From assembly GCA_964487045.1 (NCBI GenBank), contig CAZAOT010000001.1, positions 215,863-279,862 of the forward strand: 64,000 nt of DNA. Reading direction: 5' to 3'. The notes below the pieces were generated by a model. The model was not told the origin of the DNA. It made no database searches and worked only from the letters and a program-made list of their open reading frames with translations. The DNA is from an uncultured Candidatus Saccharibacteria bacterium (GTDB lineage Bacteria > Patescibacteriota > UBA1384 > DTJR01). Below are positions 53,211 through 63,803 of the stretch, piece after piece; the first letter of the stretch is position 1; every line of letters starts with the position of its first letter. The position numbers and the translations under genes are program-made.

Positions 53211-53466
53211 CCACACGAGTCCTGAGCGGACTGTAAAATGCTCCGTCTCCGGCAGACGTTAAATGCTGGACTTCCCCGGAAACGGGGGTTCTAGGCATGG
53301 CTTGCCATGTCTACCACACCTGATCGTTTTGCTGTTTATTTGGGCGGCTAGTTCCGTCCACTATATGCGGGACCTGCGGCGATATTGCTGACGGGTCCTT
53401 TTTGTTATTACTTGATTGTAAAATACCCATTTTGAGATATAATCAAACCAGTAAAAAAGGAATTTT

Positions 53467-54768
53467 ATGCTTGATATAAATTTTATTAAAAAGAACCAGG
53501 ACAAAGTGGCCGGAGCGATTAAGGCCAAGGGTATTTCTCTTGATCTTGAAAAACTTTTACAAATTAGCGAAGAGCGTAATCAATTGATCCTAAAAATTGA
53601 CGAACTCAGGAGCAAGCAAAACGAATTTAATAAAACAATCGTCTCTCTCAAAGATGATGAAAAATCTGGCGCTATCGCACAGATGAAATCAGTCTCCGAC
53701 GAAATAAAAGATCTCGAAGAAAAAAGAGCTAAAGTAGAGCTCGAATACGAACTTTTGATGTATCTTGTTCCAAATATTCCTTCTAGTGATTCGCCTATTG
53801 GAGGTGAAGAAGCAAACGAGGTTGTCGACACTTGGGGCGAGGAAACAAAGTTTGATTTTGAACCCAAGAGTCATGTCGAGTTGGCAAGAGATCTCGACCT
53901 GGTCGATTTTGATAAAGGAGTCAAAACATCCGGATTCAGAGGATATTATCTTAAAAATGAAGCTGCGATTTTGCACGTAGCGGTTTTGTTTTATGCTTTG
54001 CAAAAAATGACAAAAGAAGGTTTTGTGCCGATGATTACTCCGACAATATTAAAATCTTTTGCGCTATTTGGCTCGGGACATTTTCCATTTGGTAAAGAAG
54101 ATATTTACGAACTGGCCAATACAGGCAAGGATGAAAATGGAGTGCAGATCGGTGAAAATTTATTTTTAGCTGGAACTAGCGAACCTTCACTTTTAGCTTA
54201 TCGCGCTGGTGATATTCTGGAAGAGTCTGAATTACCCCTAAGATATTGCGGCTTTTCGCAATGCTATCGCAACGAAGTAGGATCTTATGGCAAAGACACT
54301 AAGGGCTTATACCGCATTCATGAATTTATGAAAGTGGAGCAAGTCGTGATCTGCGAAGCTGATGAAAAGATTTCTGAAGAGTGGCTACAAAAAATGCGCG
54401 GTTATGCCCAGGACCTCTTAAGAGATCTTGGACTGCCTCACAGGGTTCTTGCGATCGCAACTGGAGACATGGGAGCGGGCAAGCGCAAGATGTATGATAT
54501 CGAAACCTATATGCCATCACGCAAGGGCTATGGCGAAACCCATTCCGACTCCGACCTAACTGATTGGCAGACGAGAAGGTTAAATATTAAATACAAGACA
54601 AAAGATGGTGAGAAGAAGTACGCTTATGCCTTAAATAACACAGTACTTGCCAGTCCGAGGATTTTGATTGCAATACTCGAAAATTTCCAAAATGCCGACG
54701 GATCGGTTACAATTCCTGAAGTATTAAGACCACTATGTGGTTTTGATACAATCTCACCAAAGAAGTAA
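53467..54768 (+). CDS. serS: serine--tRNA ligase
   Basis: N-terminal coiled coil plus a class II core (…GFRGYYL…FMKVEQ…). Confidence 0.9.
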   Translation: MLDINFIKKNQDKVAGAIKAKGISLDLEKLLQISEERNQLILKIDELRSKQNEFNKTIVSLKDDEKSGAIAQMKSVSDEIKDLEEKRAKVELEYELLMYLVPNIPSSDSPIGGEEANEVVDTWGEETKFDFEPKSHVELARDLDLVDFDKGVKTSGFRGYYLKNEAAILHVAVLFYALQKMTKEGFVPMITPTILKSFALFGSGHFPFGKEDIYELANTGKDENGVQIGENLFLAGTSEPSLLAYRAGDILEESELPLRYCGFSQCYRNEVGSYGKDTKGLYRIHEFMKVEQVVICEADEKISEEWLQKMRGYAQDLLRDLGLPHRVLAIATGDMGAGKRKMYDIETYMPSRKGYGETHSDSDLTDWQTRRLNIKYKTKDGEKKYAYALNNTVLASPRILIAILENFQNADGSVTIPEVLRPLCGFDTISPKK

Positions 54769-54781
54769 GCGGAGGTATTTT

Positions 54782-55144
54782 ATGGATCTAGTAATAAAAT
54801 CATTATCCGGGGTATTAGAAGACGAAGAAAAAAAAGTAATTAGAAAAAAATTACTTTGGTTTGATGAGCACTTGCCTAATAACTCAATAATGACTGTTGG
54901 AGTAAGACAAAAGATTACCAAAAAAAGCAATCAAGCTTATGAGGTTATTGTCCATTTGAATACGCCAAAAACAAGACGTGCAGTTTATGTCAAAATGGCT
55001 AAGGACAATTTGCCTGATGCTCTTGATCAAATAAGAGAGAAGATTGAAAGAATTGTATTAAAGAAAAAAGATAAGAAGCAAATGAAATTTAAAATTCCGC
55101 AACTGCGGTTCGGGAAGAAGAAGCTTGATGAAAAAAATTCTTGA
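54782..55144 (+). CDS. hpf: ribosome hibernation promoting factor / RaiA family
   Basis: Sequence MDLVIKS...EVIVHL. GGAGG lies 7 nt upstream. Confidence 0.7.
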   Translation: MDLVIKSLSGVLEDEEKKVIRKKLLWFDEHLPNNSIMTVGVRQKITKKSNQAYEVIVHLNTPKTRRAVYVKMAKDNLPDALDQIREKIERIVLKKKDKKQMKFKIPQLRFGKKKLDEKNS

Positions 55145-57830
55145 TAGACTTTTTGGCGGTAGCAATTCACGAGAAGTTAGAAAGCTCGATTCTATTGTTG
55201 CAAAAATTAACTCCTTTGAAGAAGAATATAAAAGTTTAAAAGACGAAGAGCTTCCTAAGAAGACTGAGGATTTTAAGCAAAGAATAGCCTCAGGCGAAAC
55301 CCTTGATAGCATTTTGCCTGAAGCTTTTGCTCTTGTGCGTGAAGCATCTGGAAGAGAGATCGGCCAGAGGCATTTTAATGTTCAGATGATGGGAGGAATC
55401 GTTCTGCATCAAGGCAAGATCGCTGAAATGCGAACTGGAGAAGGTAAGACTTTGGTCGCTACTTTGCCTTTATATCTAAATGCACTCTCGGGCAAGGGAG
55501 CTCATCTAGTCACCGTAAACGATTATCTCTCTAAGTATCAGGGAGAATGGATGGGTCGGGTTTATGATCGATTGGGCCTTAAAACAGGGATTATCCAAAA
55601 CCAAGGTGTGAGCTTTATTTTTGATCGTGCCTGGAATAAGGAAAAGACAGAAGATGAAAAAAAGGCAGCCGAAGTATGGGAAGAAAACTTAAAGCCATGC
55701 ACTAGGGCTGAGGCTTACTTAGCTGACATTACTTATGGAACTAACAATGAATATGGTTTTGATTACTTGCGTGATAATATGGCACAAAGCAAAGAGCAAC
55801 TTGTTCAAAGGGATCTTAACTTTTCTATTGTCGATGAAGTTGACTCGATCCTAATTGATGAAGCAAGGACCCCACTTATTATTTCTTCTGCTGCCGAAGA
55901 GTCAGCTTCGCTTTATGCTCAGTTTGCCATGATCGTGCCACAGCTTAAAAAGGATCTGGATTTTGAAGTTGACGAAAAGTTAAAGGCGATCTCACTGACT
56001 GATGATGGAATCTCAAAACTCGAAAAAATTCTGAAGGTAGATAATATTTATAGGCCAGAGACGATCGCATTGGTGCACCATCTTGAGGAGGCGCTAAAGG
56101 CTCATGCACTATTTCAAAAAGATAAAGATTATATTGTCAAAGATGGCGAAGTTATTATTGTGGATGAATTTACTGGCAGACTAATGCCAGGCAGAAGGTA
56201 TTCAGAAGGCTTACATCAGGCTATAGAAGCCAAAGAGGGCGTGATGGTAAATCGCGAATCTGATACCTTAGCGACGATTTCTTTCCAAAATTTCTTTAGA
56301 TTGTATGGCAAGCTTTCCGGTATGACAGGAACGGCTGCGACAGAGGCGGAAGAATTTCATAAGATTTATAAACTTGACGTTGTCGAGATTCCCACCAATA
56401 GTCCGATGGTCAGAATCGATATGCAGGATCAGATTTATAAAAATGAAGCAGCAAAGTTCAACGCCATTAGTGAAAAGATCAAGGAGCTTAGCGAAAAAGG
56501 TCAGCCAGTTTTGGTCGGAACTATTTCGATCGAAAAATCAGAAGTACTATCAAAATTACTTAAACGTTCTGGCGTAAAGCATGAAGTCTTAAATGCAAAA
56601 GCCCATGAGAAAGAGGCAAAAATTATTGCTCAGGCTGGAAGGCTTGGAGCGGTAACAGTTGCAACCAACATGGCCGGAAGAGGAGTAGACATCTTGCTTG
56701 GAGGAAGTCCCCAGATCAAGGAAGAAGCCGATAAAGTCAGAAAACTTGGCGGCTTAGTTGTCCTTGGTACTGAGCGACACGAGTCAAGACGTATAGACAA
56801 CCAGCTTCGTGGACGATCTGGTCGTCAGGGTGACCCTGGGATGAGTCAATTTTACATTTCAATGGATGATGATTTGATGAGAATTTTTGGCGGAGATCGT
56901 CTAAAGGGCATGATGGAGCGTATGGGTTTGCCAGAAGACCAGCCAATTGAACATTCATTTATATCTAAGTCGATCGAATCAGCGCAAAGGAGAGTTGAAG
57001 GGCATAACTTTGATATTAGAAAACATTTAGTTGAATACGATGATGTTATGAATCGACAGAGAGAAGTTTTTTATCGAAAACGAAAAAGTATACTTTCGCT
57101 CGACGTCGAAAAGGACGAGTTCCTGCATGATGAAATTTTGGAAAAACTTTCAGAAGAAGAAAAAGCTAGCTATCTGTCAAATTCTAAAAATGTTGACCCG
57201 AGAGCGATCAGAGATCTGGAGAGAAGAATATATCTCTCTATCATGGACCAGCTGTGGGTTGAGCATCTAAACACGATGGATCAATTAAGGGACTCTATAG
57301 GACTAAGGGGCTATGGCCAAGTCGATCCGCTTATTGCCTACAAAGAAGAGTCGCTAAGGCTTTTTGAAGGATTGATGCATCAAATAGACGACGAAGCGAT
57401 TGATGTCCTCGTAAAAATTAAAATAGATCAATCAGCTTCAAATTCAGCTGCTAAGCCTACCGTGCAAAAAAATAATCCGCTTGAATATCATGGAGCAGAC
57501 GAAACCGAAGGATCTGAAGTCATTGAAGAGACGAAAAATAGTTTAGAAACTTCCGCTCGCCCCGTTAGAGATTTACGAGAAGAAGCTGGTGAGCAGGCTA
57601 ATGATTATACACAAAATCCTGAGATCTCTAACGGGGTAAAAAAATCCCCAGAAAAACTTCCTACTAAGAAAGCTAGCGGCGGGGTGGTTGTCACAGTTAG
57701 AGATGCATCTAAGAAAATGGAGCAAGCGGTTAATCAGTCAGGCTCACCAAAACAAAACTCAAATATTGGACGCAACGATCCTTGTCCGTGCGGCAGCGGG
57801 AAAAAGTACAAAAAATGCCACGGTAAGTAA
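55125..57830 (+). CDS. secA: preprotein translocase ATPase SecA
   Basis: Motifs [14 protein letters not shown], a DEAD-like region, and the C-terminal zinc finger [14 protein letters not shown]. An in-frame inverted-repeat insertion lies in the C-terminal tail at 57560-57635. Confidence 0.9.
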   Translation: MMKKILDRLFGGSNSREVRKLDSIVAKINSFEEEYKSLKDEELPKKTEDFKQRIASGETLDSILPEAFALVREASGREIGQRHFNVQMMGGIVLHQGKIAEMRTGEGKTLVATLPLYLNALSGKGAHLVTVNDYLSKYQGEWMGRVYDRLGLKTGIIQNQGVSFIFDRAWNKEKTEDEKKAAEVWEENLKPCTRAEAYLADITYGTNNEYGFDYLRDNMAQSKEQLVQRDLNFSIVDEVDSILIDEARTPLIISSAAEESASLYAQFAMIVPQLKKDLDFEVDEKLKAISLTDDGISKLEKILKVDNIYRPETIALVHHLEEALKAHALFQKDKDYIVKDGEVIIVDEFTGRLMPGRRYSEGLHQAIEAKEGVMVNRESDTLATISFQNFFRLYGKLSGMTGTAATEAEEFHKIYKLDVVEIPTNSPMVRIDMQDQIYKNEAAKFNAISEKIKELSEKGQPVLVGTISIEKSEVLSKLLKRSGVKHEVLNAKAHEKEAKIIAQAGRLGAVTVATNMAGRGVDILLGGSPQIKEEADKVRKLGGLVVLGTERHESRRIDNQLRGRSGRQGDPGMSQFYISMDDDLMRIFGGDRLKGMMERMGLPEDQPIEHSFISKSIESAQRRVEGHNFDIRKHLVEYDDVMNRQREVFYRKRKSILSLDVEKDEFLHDEILEKLSEEEKASYLSNSKNVDPRAIRDLERRIYLSIMDQLWVEHLNTMDQLRDSIGLRGYGQVDPLIAYKEESLRLFEGLMHQIDDEAIDVLVKIKIDQSASNSAAKPTVQKNNPLEYHGADETEGSEVIEETKNSLETSARPVRDLREEAGEQANDYTQNPEISNGVKKSPEKLPTKKASGGVVVTVRDASKKMEQAVNQSGSPKQNSNIGRNDPCPCGSGKKYKKCHGK

Positions 57831-58550
57831 ATGAACTTAATATTTCTAGCAGCAGGGTTTGCCACTAGACTTGAGCCATTAACTCTAGATCGGCCAAAAC
57901 ATCTTCTGCCTCTTAAAAATGGAGTATTCATTGATCTTTTGATTGATCAACTCAAAAGTGTCGAAAACCAATTCGACAGGAAGATTCTAGTTACTAATGA
58001 AAGATATAAGCAAAGCTTTTCCTCTTGGCAGGAAAGCGCTAAATTTAAAGTCGAGGTCTTTTCGGATGGAGTAAGTAAAAAGGAGAGTCGTTTGGGCGCT
58101 ATTGGCGATTTGCTCAATGTTTTGGATCAAGCTTCGGCTGATGATGATCTTTTGATCTTGGCGAGTGACTATATTCTAAAAGATTTTAATTTTGAACAAT
58201 TTTTGAAGTTTGCAAAAAGTAAAAAATCTTCTGCAACTGTAGCAAAAAAGGAGAAAGACAAAGAAGCAATAAAAGCCGGCTCATGCTTAATGCTTGGAGT
58301 TGATGACAGGATTGTTTCTTTTGCTGAAAAGCCAGAAGAACCTTTTTCCGATCTTTATGGCGCTCCTTATTATTATGTTACGAAGAATGATCTTAAGAAA
58401 ATTCGCGAGATTCCACGAGAGCTGTGGGACAATTGCGGACAAATTGTAGCCCAGCTTTTAAATGATTCTGTAATATATGGATTTAAGTTTGACGGAGATG
58501 ATTTGCATATGACGACTCTTAGCGACTACGAAAAAATTAAATCAATCTAA
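57831..58550 (+). CDS. nucleotidyltransferase-fold protein (sugar nucleotidyltransferase-like)
   Basis: Sequence LAAGFATRLEPLT...KHLLP. Couples to secA by a TAAATG overlap. Confidence 0.5.
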   Translation: MNLIFLAAGFATRLEPLTLDRPKHLLPLKNGVFIDLLIDQLKSVENQFDRKILVTNERYKQSFSSWQESAKFKVEVFSDGVSKKESRLGAIGDLLNVLDQASADDDLLILASDYILKDFNFEQFLKFAKSKKSSATVAKKEKDKEAIKAGSCLMLGVDDRIVSFAEKPEEPFSDLYGAPYYYVTKNDLKKIREIPRELWDNCGQIVAQLLNDSVIYGFKFDGDDLHMTTLSDYEKIKSI

Positions 58551-58660
58551 AATATCCTATTAATAAGTTCTATAGAGAAAAAGGATATAATAAGTACATC
58601 AGCAAAACAAAATCTCAAAAAATAGCTGGTGCGAGGGGCGTTTTAATAGCGACTGTAAGT

Positions 58661-60307
58661 TTGCTTGTCTTGTTTTTTGTGTTGTTTTTTCCTTCGATTG
58701 CAAAAGAAGGAATATTTAATCTAAGCAGTAGTCAGAAGGATTCATTAATTATTCTGCCGCATCTTGATAGTGCTAAAAACTCTAGGCAAGTTTTTATAAA
58801 TGGAATCGATATAAATCCAAGTGATATCGTCATTCTCTCGACAAACCACTTTAATGTTTCGCCTAAAAATATTATCTATTCTAACTCAAGTTGGGTGCTT
58901 GAGGATATTTCTTTAAACCAAAATCAAAATAATCAAATTCAAGACGATGGCGGGTTTGATGATCTGCTAAAAACAGATCATGGCATAAGAAATGTAATTG
59001 TCGATCTTGCAAGTAAATTCAAGCAAGCGACCTACCATAATTATTTAGTTAAATCAGGAGCAACCGAAGAGGAGCTTAAAGATTTACAAGATAATATTAA
59101 GCGATATTGCGAAAAGAAAGACTGCTTGATTGTAGGCTCAGTTGATTTTTCTCATTATAATCCAAATTCACTTAGTCAAATTCACGATCGATATTCGATA
59201 GGGGCGCTTGAGAGTTTTGACGAGAATAAAATAAAAAATTCTGAAACAGATTCTCCGGAGGTTTTGGAGATTGTTAGCAATCTAGCGAAAGAGTTTGGTC
59301 AAAATAATTTCGAAGTTTTTGAAAATTCCAATACTGGGGAGCAATCGGGAAATTTCGATACGGAAACAACAAGCTGGGTCATCGGGAGATATAGCGATAA
59401 AGTTCTCGACAAGCAAAATTCGACCGAATTGATGTTTGCCGGAGATATAATGATGGATAGGCTTGTAGATGCTCGATATAAAAATAACTTCAAGTCATTA
59501 TTTTCTGAATTTAAGGATAGGGTTTTTGCAGGGGTTGATGCATCAATCGCAAATTTTGAGGGACCTCTAAATGATGGTCCTGTAAAAGAAGATGTGTCTG
59601 TCGATAATTTGTTATTTAATTTTCCTTTAAGCAGTCTTGAGGGTCTTAAATATATTAATTTAAGTGGATTCACTTTGGCCAACAACCACACTTTAAATGA
59701 TGGAACAAAAGGACTAAGTAGAACCAGGACACTTCTTGATGAGAATAATTTTTTTGAATTCGGTTCTCCTAAGGGCGTTGACCAGTATTCTGTTAAGGAG
59801 TTAAGCACTAATCCAAAAGTGAGCCTCATAGGGATAAATGTGCTTGAAGGTGTAGACCAAACTAAACTAGTTGATTTAATAAGAGATCAAAAATCAAAAG
59901 GTAACTTCGTTGTAATTTATCCGCATTGGGGCGCGGAATACCAATTGTCTCACGGCGCATCGCAGCAAAAACTTGCCTATGAAATGATTGATGCTGGAGC
60001 CGATATGATTGTTGGGAGTCACCCGCATGTAGTGCAAGATAGTGAAATATATAAAGGCAAGGCAATATTTTATTCTTTAGGAAATTTTGTTTTTGATCAG
60101 CTTTTTTCAAAAGAAACGCAGCAGGGTTTGATTTTGGCTGTGAATATTACAGAAAGCAGACAAAAAATAGTATTAGTTCCAGTTGAGTCAAAAAATCTTA
60201 AACCCCAGCTTGCAACTGGCTCCGTGCGTCTTGAAATTCTCCGCCGGGTGATGCCGAAAGATTTTTTAAACCAGTTAGAAAGTGGTATAATAGAACTAAA
60301 TCGTTAA
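58661..60307 (+). CDS. CapA/PgsA-family metallophosphatase-like protein with an extra N-terminal domain
   Basis: C-terminal motifs FAGDIMM...LANNH...HWGAEY...GSHPHV...GNFVFDQ. Confidence 0.6.
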   Translation: MLVLFFVLFFPSIAKEGIFNLSSSQKDSLIILPHLDSAKNSRQVFINGIDINPSDIVILSTNHFNVSPKNIIYSNSSWVLEDISLNQNQNNQIQDDGGFDDLLKTDHGIRNVIVDLASKFKQATYHNYLVKSGATEEELKDLQDNIKRYCEKKDCLIVGSVDFSHYNPNSLSQIHDRYSIGALESFDENKIKNSETDSPEVLEIVSNLAKEFGQNNFEVFENSNTGEQSGNFDTETTSWVIGRYSDKVLDKQNSTELMFAGDIMMDRLVDARYKNNFKSLFSEFKDRVFAGVDASIANFEGPLNDGPVKEDVSVDNLLFNFPLSSLEGLKYINLSGFTLANNHTLNDGTKGLSRTRTLLDENNFFEFGSPKGVDQYSVKELSTNPKVSLIGINVLEGVDQTKLVDLIRDQKSKGNFVVIYPHWGAEYQLSHGASQQKLAYEMIDAGADMIVGSHPHVVQDSEIYKGKAIFYSLGNFVFDQLFSKETQQGLILAVNITESRQKIVLVPVESKNLKPQLATGSVRLEILRRVMPKDFLNQLESGIIELNR

Positions 60308-60319
60308 AAAAGGAGGGGT

Positions 60320-62026
60320 ATGGATGAGCCAATTCAGACCCAAGAAACTACAAAAGAAGTTAGCCCTCATCGTATATCGAATAAAGTTTTAATTGGAGCG
60401 ATATCGGTAGCTAGTGTCTTAGTGTTAGCTGTTGGAGCATATGCTTATAAAAATTATTCTTCTGGAAATAAAGAGGTTGCCGTATCATCTCCAGTAGCTT
60501 CACCCGTTGCGTCTCTTGAGATAAAATCGCCTGTAGCAGATAGAATTGTCGATGAAGGTGTGACATGGCAAGAACCTCAAAAAATAGATGACCAGGGTTT
60601 ATTTGAAAAATCGGGATCAAATAGCGACTATATGTCCACAGATTATTATAAGGTTGGTACAACTGCATCTGGCGGAGAGATTGTTCTTGCTAAGGTAAAT
60701 ATCGCTGGGATGGGTGATACTTATAGCATCCAAAGAATTATTAAAAATGGTGAAACATATAAAAGGATTTCTCAAAATAGTGAAGCTATCGATGGCAATA
60801 GTTTTGCTCCAACCAGTAAGTTAGAGCAAGATAGTAGTTACTCATTTAAATCGTTGTTCGCCGATAAAGTGATAACTAAAGACGATACTGAATTAATATC
60901 GAGTCAATCGTCGAAATTTGCAATTGAACTGAGCCCAGACTCCGAAACTAAAAAAATCGCCTCAACAAAATGGGGAGATATGTTTCTTGAGAAGACAAAC
61001 TCTTATTCTATTAACGATCTCAATCAGGCAAATTCGGATAAAACTCCAATCGTGAGGATCTCGAGGTATTATGTTAAGCTTAACGACTCTACTCAAGTTA
61101 CCTATGAACCTCGTCCTACTTTTCTAAGGGATGATAATACTTTTGATTTGGATTTTAAGGTAAAGGGAGCATCATCAATAAAGTATGAAAAGTTTGAGAC
61201 CGGGGGCTGTGGCCTTGGATTTGGATTCTTCCCTTTGATGGTAGATAGCAATTCGCTTAGTGATAAATTTGTTATCGCTAGTAAAAATGGATCGGAGCTC
61301 TCGGGAATAAACGCAACATCCAACAAGACCCTTGAATATGCATATGAACTTTATAAGTCAGACCAAGCTGAGAATAAAAAGGATGTTAGTACATTCGCAA
61401 ATGAATATGCGTTTGTCTATTGGGTAGATGCTTATGGCTCCACAATAGGCTTTCTTAACTCAGAATTTAAGCCGGCAGTCGAATGCGGAAAGCCGGTTGT
61501 TTATCTTTATCCGACCAAAGAAACTAACTTTAAGGTCAAGGTAGGAGCACAGGTAACCAAATCTGATCCTGAATATCTAGGCGGCTGGGAAGGTGTAGCA
61601 AAACCAAATGGGCAGTTGACCGTAGGTGGCAAAGACTACCCAAATCTGTTCTGGGAGGGAAAAGGTGTTGGTATGTATCCTAATATAGATTTCGGCCGAT
61701 TAGTCGAAAGAGAAAATATTAAATCTGAAATTTCTAGAGACTTGTCTCATATGGGTTTAAACAGCCAAGAGATATCAGATTTCAATGCCTATTGGCTTGA
61801 TAAAATGCCGCAGAGCAAATACATTCGCTTGAGTTGGCTTGCTAATAATGAGCTTGATAAACTTGCTCCACTATATATTAGTCCTAAGCCAGAGAGTGTA
61901 ATTCGAGTGTTTCTTGATTTTGCCGGATATAATGAAGCAATCAATTTAACCCATCAAACATTGCCTAAATTTGAGCGCAAAGGATATACGGCGGTGGAAT
62001 GGGGAGGATTGCTTAGAGGAAAATGA
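60320..62026 (+). CDS. large hypothetical membrane-anchored extracellular protein
   Basis: N-terminal TM helix in backbone composition. Confidence 0.5.
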   Translation: MDEPIQTQETTKEVSPHRISNKVLIGAISVASVLVLAVGAYAYKNYSSGNKEVAVSSPVASPVASLEIKSPVADRIVDEGVTWQEPQKIDDQGLFEKSGSNSDYMSTDYYKVGTTASGGEIVLAKVNIAGMGDTYSIQRIIKNGETYKRISQNSEAIDGNSFAPTSKLEQDSSYSFKSLFADKVITKDDTELISSQSSKFAIELSPDSETKKIASTKWGDMFLEKTNSYSINDLNQANSDKTPIVRISRYYVKLNDSTQVTYEPRPTFLRDDNTFDLDFKVKGASSIKYEKFETGGCGLGFGFFPLMVDSNSLSDKFVIASKNGSELSGINATSNKTLEYAYELYKSDQAENKKDVSTFANEYAFVYWVDAYGSTIGFLNSEFKPAVECGKPVVYLYPTKETNFKVKVGAQVTKSDPEYLGGWEGVAKPNGQLTVGGKDYPNLFWEGKGVGMYPNIDFGRLVERENIKSEISRDLSHMGLNSQEISDFNAYWLDKMPQSKYIRLSWLANNELDKLAPLYISPKPESVIRVFLDFAGYNEAINLTHQTLPKFERKGYTAVEWGGLLRGK

Positions 62027-62192
62027 AGAGTTGAAGATTACCAATAACCTTTTCAGAACCGGCATAAAAATTTTCCAGCGAAATTTTTTGCCTAAATCTC
62101 GGCCGGTTTTCCCGCAGGCGGGACCAAGCAAAACCGACCTGCGAATTTTCTTCAAAGGTCATTGGTACACTTCATTTTAAGAAAGAGGAGAG

Positions 62193-62891
62193 TTGGAAGA
62201 AAAGAAGGAAGCAATAATAGAGATCAAAGGGCTTACCAAGAAATACGGTAATACCTATGCTTTGGATCATGTTGATTTAAAAATATATCCAAAGGAATTC
62301 ATAATTTTAGTCGGTCCTTCGGGCGCGGGCAAGTCTACCCTCATCAAAATGCTTATAAGGGAAGAAAAGCCTGATAAGGGAAGTATTATGGTGGCCGGAA
62401 GAAATCTTGTAAAGCTTTCGTCTTCAGACTTACCTTATTATCGAAGGAATATTGGAACTGTTTTTCAAGACTACAAGCTTCTACCAACAAAAAACGTTTT
62501 TGAAAATGTCGCCTATGCGCTTGAAGTTGCAGGTGTTTCAGATGAAGAAATTATAAGAAAAGTTCCCAAGGTGCTAAAGGCGGTTAATATCGAAGCCAAA
62601 GCTAACTCCTATCCTGATCAGCTTTCCGGAGGAGAGGCCCAAAGAGTTAGTATCGCAAGAGCGTTGATTCACAATCCTAAGATTTTAATTGCTGACGAGC
62701 CGACTGGAAATTTGGATCCAGAGGCTAGTAGAGAAGTTGCGGTTATTCTGGAGAAGATTAATTGTTTGGGAACTTGTGTTATACTAGCTACTCACGATAG
62801 AGAGCTTGTTGATAGAATGCGTAAGAGGGTGGTAACTATGAAGGAGGGCCGGATCGTTTCGGATCAACAAAATGGCCGGTATAGTTGTTAG
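62193..62891 (+). CDS. ftsE: cell division ATP-binding protein FtsE
   Basis: Motifs GPSGAGKST, LSGGEAQR and DEPTGNLD. Confidence 0.85.
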   Translation: MEEKKEAIIEIKGLTKKYGNTYALDHVDLKIYPKEFIILVGPSGAGKSTLIKMLIREEKPDKGSIMVAGRNLVKLSSSDLPYYRRNIGTVFQDYKLLPTKNVFENVAYALEVAGVSDEEIIRKVPKVLKAVNIEAKANSYPDQLSGGEAQRVSIARALIHNPKILIADEPTGNLDPEASREVAVILEKINCLGTCVILATHDRELVDRMRKRVVTMKEGRIVSDQQNGRYSC

Positions 62892-63803
62892 ATGATAAGA
62901 TTCAAAAGAATTCTAAAAGAAGCTTTAACTGACTTTTTTAGAAATGGACTACTTTCTGCTACCACTACTTTGATTATGACCATGGCTCTTTTGTGTGTTG
63001 GAATATTTATGGTAGTTTTTCTATCCACCAACCAAGCGATTGCTGACCTAAAAGGCAAAATCGATATTGTAATAAATTTCAAGGATGAGGCAAGTGAGTC
63101 ACTAATCCAACAGCTTAAGGCAGAATTACTTGCCAGGCCAAGCATCAAGTCAGTTAGATATATTTCTAAAGAAGACGCCTTGAATGAATTTAAATCAAGA
63201 GAATCGGTCAAGGTTGAAGTCAGGCAAATTATAACTCCAGAAGACAATCCTTTGCCGAGAGGGTTACAAGTTCAGTCGGTTGATCTAGCTGAGTACGATT
63301 ATATTTCTGCTCTTACTAAGAGTCCCATCTATCAGCCATTTATTGACTCCTCTAGCCACGATGATAATAAGCTTTTAATAGAAAATATTAATGATTCCAT
63401 CAAAGTTACTGAGCGAGTTGGTTTCGCCTTGTCTGGTTTATTCTTACTTATTGCGGCACTTGTCGTTTCGAATACTATTCGCTTAACCGTTCACTTTAGA
63501 AATAAAGAAATTGAAATAATGCGTTTAGTCGGAGCTTCAGAGTCGTATGTGAAAATGCCATTTTTGATCGAAGGGATCATCTACGGTACTTTAGCAACGA
63601 TAATTTCTACACTGCTTATTTATGGGTCAACTCTTATCCTCAAAAAAGTTGCAACCACCAGTATATTATCGCGATTTGTTGATAAGGTCGCGCCAGTTTA
63701 TTTTCACGAATTTTGGTTCATTACACTTACAATGTTGGTTATAGGAATAGTGATTGGATTTGGTGCAAGTTGGTTTTCCACAAGGAGGAATGTAAAGCTA
63801 TGA
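62892..63803 (+). CDS. ftsX: cell division permease FtsX
   Basis: Four-TM topology with a large first extracellular loop, positioned after ftsE. Confidence 0.8.
   Translation: MIRFKRILKEALTDFFRNGLLSATTTLIMTMALLCVGIFMVVFLSTNQAIADLKGKIDIVINFKDEASESLIQQLKAELLARPSIKSVRYISKEDALNEFKSRESVKVEVRQIITPEDNPLPRGLQVQSVDLAEYDYISALTKSPIYQPFIDSSSHDDNKLLIENINDSIKVTERVGFALSGLFLLIAALVVSNTIRLTVHFRNKEIEIMRLVGASESYVKMPFLIEGIIYGTLATIISTLLIYGSTLILKKVATTSILSRFVDKVAPVYFHEFWFITLTMLVIGIVIGFGASWFSTRRNVKL

Noticed and set aside
52671-53216. 181-aa minus-strand ORF antisense to cassette K
   Set aside because: It is a shadow frame in GC-rich DNA. The promoter and terminator orientation support the plus-strand ORF.
62027-62192. 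Nested palindrome ccggttttcccgcaggcgggaccaagcaaaaccg upstream of ftsE
   Set aside because: It is a single occurrence without a T-run or recognisable motif. It was noted only as a possible intergenic hairpin.
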